Shown here: piece by piece, positions 21,901-29,932 of the stretch | Numbering within the stretch: the stretch's first letter is position 1 | Layout of the letters: every line of letters begins with the position of its first letter | Assembly: GCA_021201825.1 (NCBI GenBank) | Contig: JAJQED010000001.1 | Location: 27,785-91,784, forward strand | DNA from: Alistipes sp. | GTDB lineage: Bacteria > Bacteroidota > Bacteroidia > Bacteroidales > Rikenellaceae | Length of the DNA: 64,000 nucleotides | Direction of reading: 5' to 3' | The notes under the pieces: generated by a model | Databases searched by the model: none | Told to the model about the DNA's origin: nothing | What the model saw: only the letters and a program-made list of their open reading frames with translations | Program-made: the position numbers and the translations under genes

Positions 21901-22022
21901 GGAATGTCCACCGAGGGTATCAGCGAGACCGGAAGCATATTAACGCTCACGATACCGAGCACAACCACCATGATCAGGGACATGGTTACGGCGATGGGCC
22001 TGTCTATGAGCTTGTTCAGCAT
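18969..22022 (-). CDS. RND efflux permease (AcrB/HAE family)
   Basis: 1017 aa. It starts MLNKLIDRPIAVTM, has GVGMMVDNSIIVIDN, and ends with a typical C-terminal TM bundle. Confidence 0.9.
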   Translation of the reverse strand: MLNKLIDRPIAVTMSLIMVVVLGIVSVNMLPVSLIPSVDIPYISVQVSYPSHSARELDESVMAQLRQQLLQLSGLRDIRSETKDGSGTITLSFDHGVNSDYLFVEVNEKIDRSMNSLPRDMLRPTVLKAGATDIPAFYINLSVRNDTAPAAGEGIFPVSERFSQLSSFASHVIVKRIEQLPEVAMVDLSGYVVPEILIIPDRNKLHEIDLSIGEFENAVSAVNFGMGNLTIRDGEYQYNVKVESAATGKEDIEQAYINVSGRIYRIGELATVIEHPRRRSNIVTSDGKMAVSLAVIKQSEAKMARLKKNIFRLMESFSEDYPDIEFTLTRDQTELLDYSINNLTRNIIFGVILASLIILLFMQNLRSALLIVLTMPVALICSMLFFYLFGISINIVSLSGLILGVGMMVDNSIIVIDNITYRWSNGYSLRQAVVKGTGEVFFPMLSSVLTTCAVFLPLIFLSGIAGMLFYDQALSVAITLFCSLGVTVTVIPVYYFLMFRRQDGISGNRFLQKISFDRLIPSYDRTLKFFFRRRWIMWLYFPVSVAGSILLFSQIGKDRLPEITYRDMLVNIDWNERITVEENDRRLGLLMGQIDDMTSQTTTMAGIQQFMLDHTRRMGTSEAVVYVKEQDGYTIGDIEAAVSEYLDARYPLASYGFELSGNIFDMVFGSNEAPLVARLRPTSGKAPDPNQLNGAIVSLSEHLPEVQIDMPSWQEHILYVTRPEIMSLYGVTYGELLNVLRNSLNENQLFTIIQGRFYLPVIVGDNKSGLAEIVGGATIRKNGTYLPVSIFMRQTRGQDLKYITAGPEGNFYPLELDIPERDVPGVMERIREAISHNDDFEVSFSGGYFSNRVIMWELIMVLGVAVLLLYFILAAQFESVVQPFIILSEMVIDIFGILLVLWILGLSLNIMSIIGIVVTCGIVINDSILKVDTINKLRRSGRSLKRAIMEAGQRRLKPIIMTSLTTILAITPFLARGEMGSDLQYPLSVAVITGMAVGTFVSIFFVPIFYYIIHKNR

Positions 22023-22031
22023 GACGTTGCG

Positions 22032-23102
22032 CTATTCGGCCGGTTGAACCGGTGACCCGTCGGCCAGGTTGAGGTTGCCCGAGACGATGATCCGGTCTCC
22101 CGCCTGCAGGTCGGCGCCCCGGGAAGTGTTGGCGGTAACCACATAAGAATCGCTGTTCTCCATCACCGTATGCACATAGGTCCATACAGCCCGGCCGTTG
22201 TCGTAGCGGAAAAGCACCTCCAGGTTGTTCCGTATCACCACCGCATTTTTCGGGACCACAAGCTGCCCGGGGACACTGTTCTCGACCAGCACTTTGACGT
22301 TCATCCCGTCCATAAATCCACGCGGAACATTATGTATACGGGCCTTGACGGCTATCTGTCCCCGGTCGTCTATGGTAGGGTTGATGCTCGTAACGGTGCC
22401 GGTTCCTCGTTTTTCCGGTTCGAAAAAAGGAATGACGGTAATTCTCTGTCCTACTTTCACGAAACCCAGTTCGCTCTCCGTAACCGTGAAATCCACATCC
22501 ATCTCCGAATCGTCTATAACGGTACAGAGCTCGGCCTCGGTTTTTTCGAAAGGCTTGCTTTTCAGGTTGGCGACCTTGCCGGAGAAAGGGGCGCGGATCG
22601 TGCAGTTGGCCAGGTTGAGCCGTGCCTGTTCGAGGTTGGCCACCGCCATGTTATAACCGGACCGGGTCTTTACCGTCGCACGCGATTCCTCGGCCAGAAG
22701 AGACGTATCCGGCCTCTCGAGCCCGAATCCTATTACGGCGTCCGCAAGGTCGATCCGTGCCTGCTCCATGTTGATCGTTGCGGTATTGAGCTGGTTGACC
22801 GCCGTTTGCGTATCCAGAACGGCCAGTATCTCCCCTGCCTGCACCTGCTGTCCGTTCTCTACCGGAATACTTGCGATCATCCCTTCGGTCGGGTATCCGA
22901 TCACGCTCTTACGGCGGGCGCTCAGTTTGCCGTTGCTTAACATCTGGCGGTGGAAAGAAGTTTCGGCGAGGGTCATTATTTCCACTATATTCGACTCCTG
23001 GATATGTTCCTGTCTGGCCATTTCGGCCGTTTCCGTATTCCCTTTACTTCGGCACGAACAAAAAACGAGCGCGGCCAGGACCGGTAGCAGATATATTTTC
23101 AT
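22032..23102 (-). CDS. RND efflux periplasmic adaptor (MFP/HlyD family) lipoprotein
   Basis: The start at 23102 gives MKIYLLPVLAALVFCSC (lipobox). It has coiled-coil hairpin and beta-barrel segments and IRAPFSGKV. Confidence 0.85.
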   Translation of the reverse strand: MKIYLLPVLAALVFCSCRSKGNTETAEMARQEHIQESNIVEIMTLAETSFHRQMLSNGKLSARRKSVIGYPTEGMIASIPVENGQQVQAGEILAVLDTQTAVNQLNTATINMEQARIDLADAVIGFGLERPDTSLLAEESRATVKTRSGYNMAVANLEQARLNLANCTIRAPFSGKVANLKSKPFEKTEAELCTVIDDSEMDVDFTVTESELGFVKVGQRITVIPFFEPEKRGTGTVTSINPTIDDRGQIAVKARIHNVPRGFMDGMNVKVLVENSVPGQLVVPKNAVVIRNNLEVLFRYDNGRAVWTYVHTVMENSDSYVVTANTSRGADLQAGDRIIVSGNLNLADGSPVQPAE

Positions 23103-23600
23103 AAAAGACAGATTATCGGGTTCACGGGTACCGCCGGCCGGCCGGATGAAATATACCGGTTCCAATTCGGCGTGCCGGAGCTGTTCAGGCAGGGCAGGGT
23201 CGTTCTTTCAGGGTGTCGTATCGCCGGGAATTTCGACCCCGTTTGATCCATGTATACCCTGGAGTGTAGAAATACTTCCCACCGTTCACCGGCTGGCAAT
23301 ATTGTAATGGTAAAAATTTTCATTTCCAGGGTTTGTGGATTTAGGAAAAACAGGGTCGTAAAGCCAAAAATAAGAATTATTATTTTAATGCTTCCATAAT
23401 GCCGGAAATTATTAGGCATCAAACCTATCCCTGCTGAACCCCGTGAGCAGGTTGCTTTTTATTTTCGCGAGGGAACAGGTCGGAATAAACGCAAACGAAA
23501 TTTCGGCAATAAGGCCCATACAGCCAGGCCCCGGGCGGACTGCTAATTCGAACAAGTCGAAGAACTGATCTTCGGAGGGTGTAAAGTTCTTTAAGTACGG

Positions 23601-23632
23601 CTGCATATACGACTTAGGTCCCGGATGCCCGG
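23601..23632 (-). terminator. 14-bp perfect hairpin downstream of the cupin gene
   Basis: gacttaggtcccgg-atgc-ccgggacctaagtc. There is no clear U-run, so its function as a terminator is tentative. Confidence 0.4.
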
Positions 23633-23670
23633 GACCTAAGTCGTTGGTTTGCAATTGTAAATACCGTCCG

Positions 23671-24219
23671 TTATTTTTTCAGATCGTACTTGAACCCTTT
23701 CAGCGCATCATCCGAATAGATATGCAGGCTGTGGCCCGTATCGCTCAGGCAGGTGATACGGTGGATATGGTTCTTATAATCGTCATTTTCACCGATGGCA
23801 AAGAAACACTGCTGGTCGTAAACCACTACGGCGTTCACCAGTTTGGCTTCCGATTCGCTCACCGGTTCGAATATCTCGATAAGGAATTCACCGTCGGCTA
23901 TCGTATAGCTGGCAAACCGGGGGTGAGAATGAATGGCTGTGCGGTTGCCTTTTTTCCAGGACATTACGATGGCTTCCCAGCCGCTGCGGTCATTGCGGCC
24001 GATGTAGTTACGCACGTAGGTAGAGTCGTCGAAGTTATTTATGGCCAGCGGATTACGGCGGACGTAATCCAGAACATATTCCCTAATGGCGTTGCCCAGT
24101 TCTTCGGTAATGTCCCGGCCGCTGGTAATCGAGTCCAGTCCGGAGAAGAAATCTTCATAACCGGTATGCACGGAAAGACCCGGCTTAAAATCGGTGGATA
24201 GACGGTTGTCGTTATTCAT
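23671..24219 (-). CDS. cupin-fold protein (cysteine-dioxygenase-like metal site?)
   Basis: 182 aa. WKKGNRTAIHSHPRFASY...GEF resembles the cupin G-x5-HxH motif. Confidence 0.5.
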   Translation of the reverse strand: MNNDNRLSTDFKPGLSVHTGYEDFFSGLDSITSGRDITEELGNAIREYVLDYVRRNPLAINNFDDSTYVRNYIGRNDRSGWEAIVMSWKKGNRTAIHSHPRFASYTIADGEFLIEIFEPVSESEAKLVNAVVVYDQQCFFAIGENDDYKNHIHRITCLSDTGHSLHIYSDDALKGFKYDLKK

Positions 24220-24374
24220 TTTTTAGGCGTAATTAAGGTTTGTACTGTGCAAATATCCTCAATTTAACCCCTTGGGCCATAGGCACAAATACCTAAAACG
24301 GCTAAGTATCAAACCGGTAATTGCAACGGGTTTCCGTACTACCTTTTATCTTTATCCGTGTACCGCAATAAAGC

Positions 24375-24402
24375 AAAAGGGTCCGGCACACCGGACCCTT
24401 TT
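24375..24402. terminator. bidirectional intrinsic terminator
   Basis: aaaagggtccgg-caca-ccggaccctttt, with A/T runs on both sides. It lies about 20 nt downstream of the TAA at 24423-24425 on the minus strand. Confidence 0.6.
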
Positions 24403-24422
24403 GTTTTATATAAGTAATGAAA

Positions 24423-24857
24423 TTACAAGATCGAGGGAGGTGTTTCGATAATTACGTTAAACGTATCATCTACCAGGAAAAAAGCGGTTACGTGCGCATA
24501 ACGCCCTGTAGTATCGACTGCTTGAACCACAAAATCTCCTGTTTTTGGAAAACTTACCCATATTTTGGTCTCGTCATAAGACCCGTCAATATTCTGGTAG
24601 GGTTGGGTCCGTAATTCGGGACTGGCGGTCTATGTCCATGTCGTGTTCATTACGGGAGGGGTTACCAAAGTTACCAATACAAAACTCCCCGGTCCAAGTG
24701 AATAAGAAACACACTTAAGGTATGGATCGGTAATAGCAATGGCGTTTGCCGACCCGTCGCCGTCATCGATCAATTCGGGTAAATCCCGGGCACAAGAGGC
24801 TAATAAAACGGGGATAATCAGTGTTAAAACCGTTCCGATGAAGATCTTTGTTTTCAT
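24423..24857 (-). pseudogene. small lipoprotein gene with an in-frame TAG (codon 76)
   Basis: ORF 24630..24857 (MKTKIFIGTVLTLIIPVLLASC..., lipobox) stops at TAG 24630-24632. The same frame stays open for 68 more codons (TASPELRTQPYQNIDGSYDETKIWVSFPKTGDFVVQAVDTTGRYAHVTAFFLVDDTFNVIIETPPSIL) to TAA 24423-24425, just before a terminator. Confidence 0.55.
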
Positions 24858-25142
24858 AAGGGTAATTTAACAGGATGCCTCCTCTTTTAAAGATTTTCGG
24901 CTTTCTCTAACCTTAGGATAGGTAACGATAAAGTAAAAAAAATTATGGCTGAAATACAATATTTTATCTCTATGATAATAGATATGGTCAAGGGCTTTCC
25001 TGGTAGGAATTAAAGTTTTAATGACCGGATAGATCGTCCACGGGATCAAATAGCTTGTCGAACTTTACTTAACCTATTCAAAAACACTTAAATTTGCCGG
25101 GGAGGGCGTTACCGGTATAGTGGAATTAACAGACAAAATATT

Positions 25143-25919
25143 GTGACTATGGAAAACGATAACCGCGAACAGATCCGGGCCGTCACCGACGGGGATATCT
25201 ATTCGGCTATATTTACCCGCGCGTCTACCCGTAAATTCGAACCTGCCGCTGTCCCTGCGGAAACTCTCCAACGGATCGAAGATTTTATCGCTACCGTCGA
25301 ACCACTCGTTCCCGGGATCGGGCTTACCCACCGGATCGTGGATGCAACGGCGGTAAAGGGATTGGCGCTTCCGAAAGCCCCGCACTTCCTGCTTATTTCG
25401 GGCAAGCCGCATCCAATGCGTAATACATGTGCCGGGTTCGTTTACCAGCATGCGGTATTGTTTATGCACTCTATGGGGCTGGCCTGCCGCTGGCTGAGCA
25501 GCGTAAAGGGTAAGGAAACCGACCCGGACCACATAATCGGCATAGCGTTCGGTCAGCCGGTAGAGCCGGCCCAAAGGAAACCGGAGGAGTTCGACCGCAA
25601 ACCGCTCGGGGAGATAGCCCGGGGCTACGATCCGCGTTTGGAAGCGGTACGCCTCGCCCCTTCGGGGATGAACGGCCAGCCGTGGTATTTCGTAGTGGAT
25701 GACGGTGTGGTCCATGTCTATTACAAAAAGCGGTTGGGAGGTCTGCTCGGGAAACTCTACAACCAGACCGATGTGGACTGCGGTATCGGGCTGTGTCATC
25801 TGGCCGTAGCCAGCCGGCACGAGGAGAAACCGTTCAATTTCATTACCGGACAACAGGACGCCCCGGCTCCCCCGAAAGGATACCTTTACGCAGGCACCGT
25901 GAAACAAGGCGCAATATGA
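25143..25919 (+). CDS. nitroreductase-family protein
   Basis: 258 aa with FTRASTRKFEP..., and APSGMNGQPWYFVV near the C-terminal third. Confidence 0.75.
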   Translation: MTMENDNREQIRAVTDGDIYSAIFTRASTRKFEPAAVPAETLQRIEDFIATVEPLVPGIGLTHRIVDATAVKGLALPKAPHFLLISGKPHPMRNTCAGFVYQHAVLFMHSMGLACRWLSSVKGKETDPDHIIGIAFGQPVEPAQRKPEEFDRKPLGEIARGYDPRLEAVRLAPSGMNGQPWYFVVDDGVVHVYYKKRLGGLLGKLYNQTDVDCGIGLCHLAVASRHEEKPFNFITGQQDAPAPPKGYLYAGTVKQGAI

Positions 25920-26668
25920 GAACCACTGAAAATACCGTCCTTATTACGGGCGGGGCCACCGGTATAGGGTTCGCCCTGGCCGGGGCATTCCTCGAAAGGG
26001 GAAATACGGTAATAATATGCGGACGCCGGGAGGAGAAGCTCCTCGAGGCCCAAAGAAAGCTCCCCGGTTTAAAGATCCGGGTGTGCGATGTAACGGACCC
26101 GTCAGGGCGCCAAGATCTTACGCAGTGGACCGAAAATAATTTTCCCGAGATAAATATCCTTGTGAACAACGCCGGGATACAGCGTCATATCGATTTTACC
26201 GTCGGCGCCGACCAGCTCCATGCCGGCGAAAACGAGATAAGGGTCAACCTCGAAGCTCCAGTTTTCCTGTCGGCGATGTTCATCCCGCTGTTATCCGTCA
26301 ACCGGGATGCCGCAATCGTAAATGTCTCGTCGGGTTTGGGATTTTTCCCGGCCGTGGGGATGCCCGTCTACAGCGCCACAAAGGCTGCGCTGCATATGTT
26401 TTCGGTGACCCTCAGGCAACAACTCGCCCCGACCGGCATCCGTGTTTTCGAGGCCATAGCTCCATACATCCCCGATACGGAATTGAATTTGGAGGGCCGC
26501 AAACGCTCGGGTGTGATGAACCTTAACCACCCGGCCCCGACCGCCGCACAGTATGCCGAGGTGGTTCTCGAAGGGATCGGGGCTGACCAATACGAGATAG
26601 GCTACGGAATGACCGACCGATGGAGAACAATGTCCCGGGCCGAACTCGACCAACTTGTAACCAAATAA
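25916..26668 (+). CDS. short-chain dehydrogenase/reductase (SDR)
   Basis: The ATG at 25916 overlaps the previous stop (ATGA). Motifs are TGGATGIGFALA, NNAGI and YSATKAAL. Confidence 0.85.
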   Translation: MRTTENTVLITGGATGIGFALAGAFLERGNTVIICGRREEKLLEAQRKLPGLKIRVCDVTDPSGRQDLTQWTENNFPEINILVNNAGIQRHIDFTVGADQLHAGENEIRVNLEAPVFLSAMFIPLLSVNRDAAIVNVSSGLGFFPAVGMPVYSATKAALHMFSVTLRQQLAPTGIRVFEAIAPYIPDTELNLEGRKRSGVMNLNHPAPTAAQYAEVVLEGIGADQYEIGYGMTDRWRTMSRAELDQLVTK

Positions 26669-26691
26669 TCACCCGTAAAAACTATAAGTTT

Positions 26692-27225
26692 ATGGACACA
26701 CTGAAAGCTATCCGCAATCGCAGGTCGGTCCGGAGTTATACCGGCGAAAAACTTGCGGAAAACGATCTGCAAACGATCCTCATGGCCGCCAACGCAGCAC
26801 CGGTCGGTATGGGCAGGTACGAGAATGTACACCTGACCGTGATCGAGAATCCGGAATTGCTGGGTGCGATAGACCGGAATGCGGCACAGGTATTCGGCCG
26901 CCCGGATATGAAACCTTTGTACGGTGCGCCGCTATTCATCCTGGTTTCGGCCCGGCCCACGATGGATGCGATCGGCAATGCCGATTATTCAAACGCGGCG
27001 ATCGTCGTACACAACATGGCTTTGGCGGCCGTAGAGCTCGGTGTAGGCAGTTGCTATATCTGGGGTGCGACGATGGCACTGGCAGGGAACCCGGAGCTGG
27101 TTGCGCAGCTCGGACTGCCGGACGGGTTATCGCCCTGCTGCGGTATCGTATTGGGAGCCACGGCGGAAAAATATACCGACCGGGAGATTCCCGAAGATCG
27201 CATTGCTACGGTGTTTGTGAAATAA
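26692..27225 (+). CDS. nitroreductase-family protein
   Basis: The ATG at 26692 gives MDTLKAIRNRRSVRSYTGEKL...; it also contains ANAAPVGMG. Confidence 0.8.
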   Translation: MDTLKAIRNRRSVRSYTGEKLAENDLQTILMAANAAPVGMGRYENVHLTVIENPELLGAIDRNAAQVFGRPDMKPLYGAPLFILVSARPTMDAIGNADYSNAAIVVHNMALAAVELGVGSCYIWGATMALAGNPELVAQLGLPDGLSPCCGIVLGATAEKYTDREIPEDRIATVFVK

Positions 27226-27240
27226 TACCGGTGTAAAGAT

Positions 27241-28071
27241 ATGCCGAACGTAATTTATTGCTACTCCGGGACAGGCAACAGCCTGGCCGCCGCCCGGCTC
27301 CTGGGAGGGAGATTACCCGTTACGGAAATTATCTCCCTGCTGGCACTTCGCAGCGATAGTTCGGTTCCCGCAAAATACGAACGGGTCGGGTTCTGTTTCC
27401 CGACCTGTTTCGGCCACCCGCCCAAGATCGTGGCGCAGATCGGGCAGAGCCTCCATTTGCATCCCCATCAAAAACCTTTTATCATGGCCAGCTGCGGCGG
27501 CTATAATATACTTACCATCGCAGATTTCCGCAAGATACTGCAGACCAAAACGCAGAACCCGATACAGTGTTTCCAGGTCATACTGCCGGGGAGCCACATA
27601 ATCGGTTTCAGCGCTTTCCCCAAACCGATACAACGATGGTTGTTCCGTAGGACCGAAAGACTCGCGGGCCGGATCGCCTGTAAAATACGGAACGACAAAC
27701 CGACGAGGGAAAAGAGGGTCCTGAAACTGGAAAACGCGACGACTATGTCCCGGACCTTTAACGGATGGCTCGGGATCAAGGATATTTTCTCCACCCGGAC
27801 CGAATACTTCACTACCGACAATTGTATCCGGTGCGGCACATGCGGGCGCCTTTGCCCGGTCGGCAATATCAGCGTCGGCCCGGAAAAGGTCACATTCGGC
27901 CATAACTGCCAGCAATGCATGGCCTGTATACAATGGTGTCCCCGCCGGGCGATAGCCCATCCGAACGTGCCTGCCAAAAGGAAGCGTTACCGCCATCCGG
28001 ACGTAACCGTAGAGGATATGATACAACTGGCAGCGGGAGGACCCGACCCGTTGAACCGCCCGGCAAAATAA
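27241..28071 (+). CDS. flavodoxin-like / 2x[4Fe-4S] ferredoxin fusion (EFR1-like)
   Basis: 276 aa. The N-terminus is IYCYSGTGNS. The C-terminus has CIRCGTCGRLCP and CQQCMACIQWCP. Confidence 0.7.
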   Translation: MPNVIYCYSGTGNSLAAARLLGGRLPVTEIISLLALRSDSSVPAKYERVGFCFPTCFGHPPKIVAQIGQSLHLHPHQKPFIMASCGGYNILTIADFRKILQTKTQNPIQCFQVILPGSHIIGFSAFPKPIQRWLFRRTERLAGRIACKIRNDKPTREKRVLKLENATTMSRTFNGWLGIKDIFSTRTEYFTTDNCIRCGTCGRLCPVGNISVGPEKVTFGHNCQQCMACIQWCPRRAIAHPNVPAKRKRYRHPDVTVEDMIQLAAGGPDPLNRPAK

Positions 28072-28248
28072 CTTTCAGCCGGGAAAGTAGTATAATAATG
28101 CCTGCCGTCCGCGCCGTAAATTATCTCCTTAAAAAACTCGAAACGATTGGCCTCTAAGGGAAAGATTTTTTAAAGCAGTGAAGTTAAGGCAACGATCACC
28201 CATTCGGGCGTTATTTAAGTTGCCACCGATCCGCGTGCCGATAAAACT

Positions 28249-28304
28249 AAAAAATGGCTTACAGATAACTGTAAGCCATTTTTACTGTGCCCAGGACGAG
28301 ACTC
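28249..28304. repeat. attL: direct repeat of the tRNA-Leu 3' end plus its terminator hairpin
   Basis: 28271-28304 (gtaagccatttttactgtgcccaggacgagactc) is identical to 47081-47114. Flanking 28249-28270 matches 47059-47080 with a few mismatches. Confidence 0.8.
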
Positions 28305-28426
28305 ACAGAATACAAAACTACCCAAAACTTTAAAATCAAAATAATTCTATATAATTCATATTATCAAATAATTACATTTGAATTGTTTTGAATTTGTTTC
28401 GAGGCAAATTTGACGTTTTTATAGGT

Positions 28427-28448
28427 TTGCGGTCGCGGTGCGGTCGCG
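28427..28448 (+). repeat. tandem 11-mer (ttgcggtcgcggtgcggtcgcg), candidate integrase arm site (left)
   Basis: The same tandem motif recurs in the same orientation at 47029-47052, at the other end of the element. Confidence 0.4.
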
Positions 28449-28505
28449 AAAATTTGTTAATCCCCAAACTATTATATATGTTTGCCTTAACGAAACTATA
28501 GTGTT

Positions 28506-29885
28506 ATGGCAGCAACAACCTATATACTCACCAAGACGGCTAACAGTGCGGGGGAATGTCAGATAATCCTGCGGACTTACATTCGGCATGATTACCGTAT
28601 GCGAATACAATCCCGCATTTGGGTAAGCCCTAAACGATGGGGCAAAAAGAATGGCATAACTATACCGGCCACACCGGGAGAAGAACAAGAGCAGTTAATC
28701 GAGAAAAAAGAATTACTCCAAAAACTTACTCGATATATCGAGGATGAACTGAAGCACGAAGAAGATAAAAATAGCCTGGAACGTATTTGGGGAGAAAAGA
28801 AGGTTGCAGCATTCTACAAGCCGACGAAAACAACAAAAGAAAGGGTAAAAGACTTTTTCGGTATAGCCCAGGATTATCTTGCCAAACATAAGCTATCCGA
28901 ATCCCGCGTTAAACATTTCAATGTCTTGATACGATGCCTAAAGAGGTATGAACTATATAAAAGGGCAACCGGTAGCCGGGCTTTCAAACTTAATATAAAT
29001 ACGCTGTCCTACGACCAGCTTGCCGATATTGAAAACTTCCTTACTAACGAGCGGGAGGTGTTTAAGTCCCACCCGGAAATATACGAGGCCATACCGTATT
29101 CTACAAAACAGTCAAAAATGACTTATACGCTAAAAAAAGATAGCGACAAACCTAAAGGAATGCCGAAAGAGCGCGGCCAGAATTATATCTCGGATATGAT
29201 GACACGGTTCCGGTCGTTCATAATTTGGGCGAACGACAACGAATACACCACTAATAATCCTTTCAAAAACTACCCGGTCGGTGAAAGCGTGTACGGTACG
29301 CCAATCTATATAAGCAATGATGAAAGAAAAAAGCTCTATGAAACCGATATGTCTGATATACCGTCGGTTGCCGTTCAACGTGATATTTTTGTTTTTCAAT
29401 GTCTTATCGGATGCCGCGTAAGCGACCTATATAAATTTACGTGGAAGAATGTTATAAACGGTGCGATTGAGTATATCCCCAAGAAAACTCGCGAGGACAG
29501 GGTGCAGACCGTCCGGGTTCCATTGAGCGATACGGCGAAAGAAATTATAGAACGTTACCGTGATCTGCACCGGGAAAGCCTTTTGCCTTTTATCTCATCG
29601 CAGAAATATAATGACAATATAAAAGAGGCATTCAAAAAAGCCGGACTTGACCGTATGGTAACTATTATCGACCAACGGACACGGCAAGAGGTGCAAAAGC
29701 CGATTTATGAGGTCGCATCTTCACATATGGCACGGCGGAGCTTCATTGGTAATATTTACAAACAAGTCAAAGACCCTAACCTGGTCGGAGCATTGAGCGG
29801 CCATAAAGAGGGTAGTAAGGCGTTCGCGCGTTACCGTGACATCGACGAGGACATGAAGAAGGAGCTAATCGGTTTTCTGGATTAA
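28506..29885 (+). CDS. tyrosine site-specific integrase (Bacteroides type with an N-terminal arm-binding domain)
   Basis: 459 aa. The C-terminal catalytic region has CLIGCRVSD..., SSHMARRSF, GHKEGSKAFARY. It lies adjacent to attL. Confidence 0.9.
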   Translation: MAATTYILTKTANSAGECQIILRTYIRHDYRMRIQSRIWVSPKRWGKKNGITIPATPGEEQEQLIEKKELLQKLTRYIEDELKHEEDKNSLERIWGEKKVAAFYKPTKTTKERVKDFFGIAQDYLAKHKLSESRVKHFNVLIRCLKRYELYKRATGSRAFKLNINTLSYDQLADIENFLTNEREVFKSHPEIYEAIPYSTKQSKMTYTLKKDSDKPKGMPKERGQNYISDMMTRFRSFIIWANDNEYTTNNPFKNYPVGESVYGTPIYISNDERKKLYETDMSDIPSVAVQRDIFVFQCLIGCRVSDLYKFTWKNVINGAIEYIPKKTREDRVQTVRVPLSDTAKEIIERYRDLHRESLLPFISSQKYNDNIKEAFKKAGLDRMVTIIDQRTRQEVQKPIYEVASSHMARRSFIGNIYKQVKDPNLVGALSGHKEGSKAFARYRDIDEDMKKELIGFLD

Positions 29886-29932
29886 CTACACATTGTCAGT
29901 TATTTATATTTATTTTGCGAAAACGGCACATT

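Noticed and set aside
23099-23654. Two small minus-strand ORFs (107 aa and 80 aa) upstream of the efflux adaptor
   Set aside because: I found no motifs. One starts inside the 14-bp terminator-like hairpin and the other overlaps the adaptor's likely promoter and signal-peptide region. I treat this as a probable noncoding leader region, though a real small protein cannot be excluded.
28419-28688. 89-aa minus-strand ORF at the left end of the island
   Set aside because: It overlaps the integrase 5' end and the arm-type repeat, and has no motifs.
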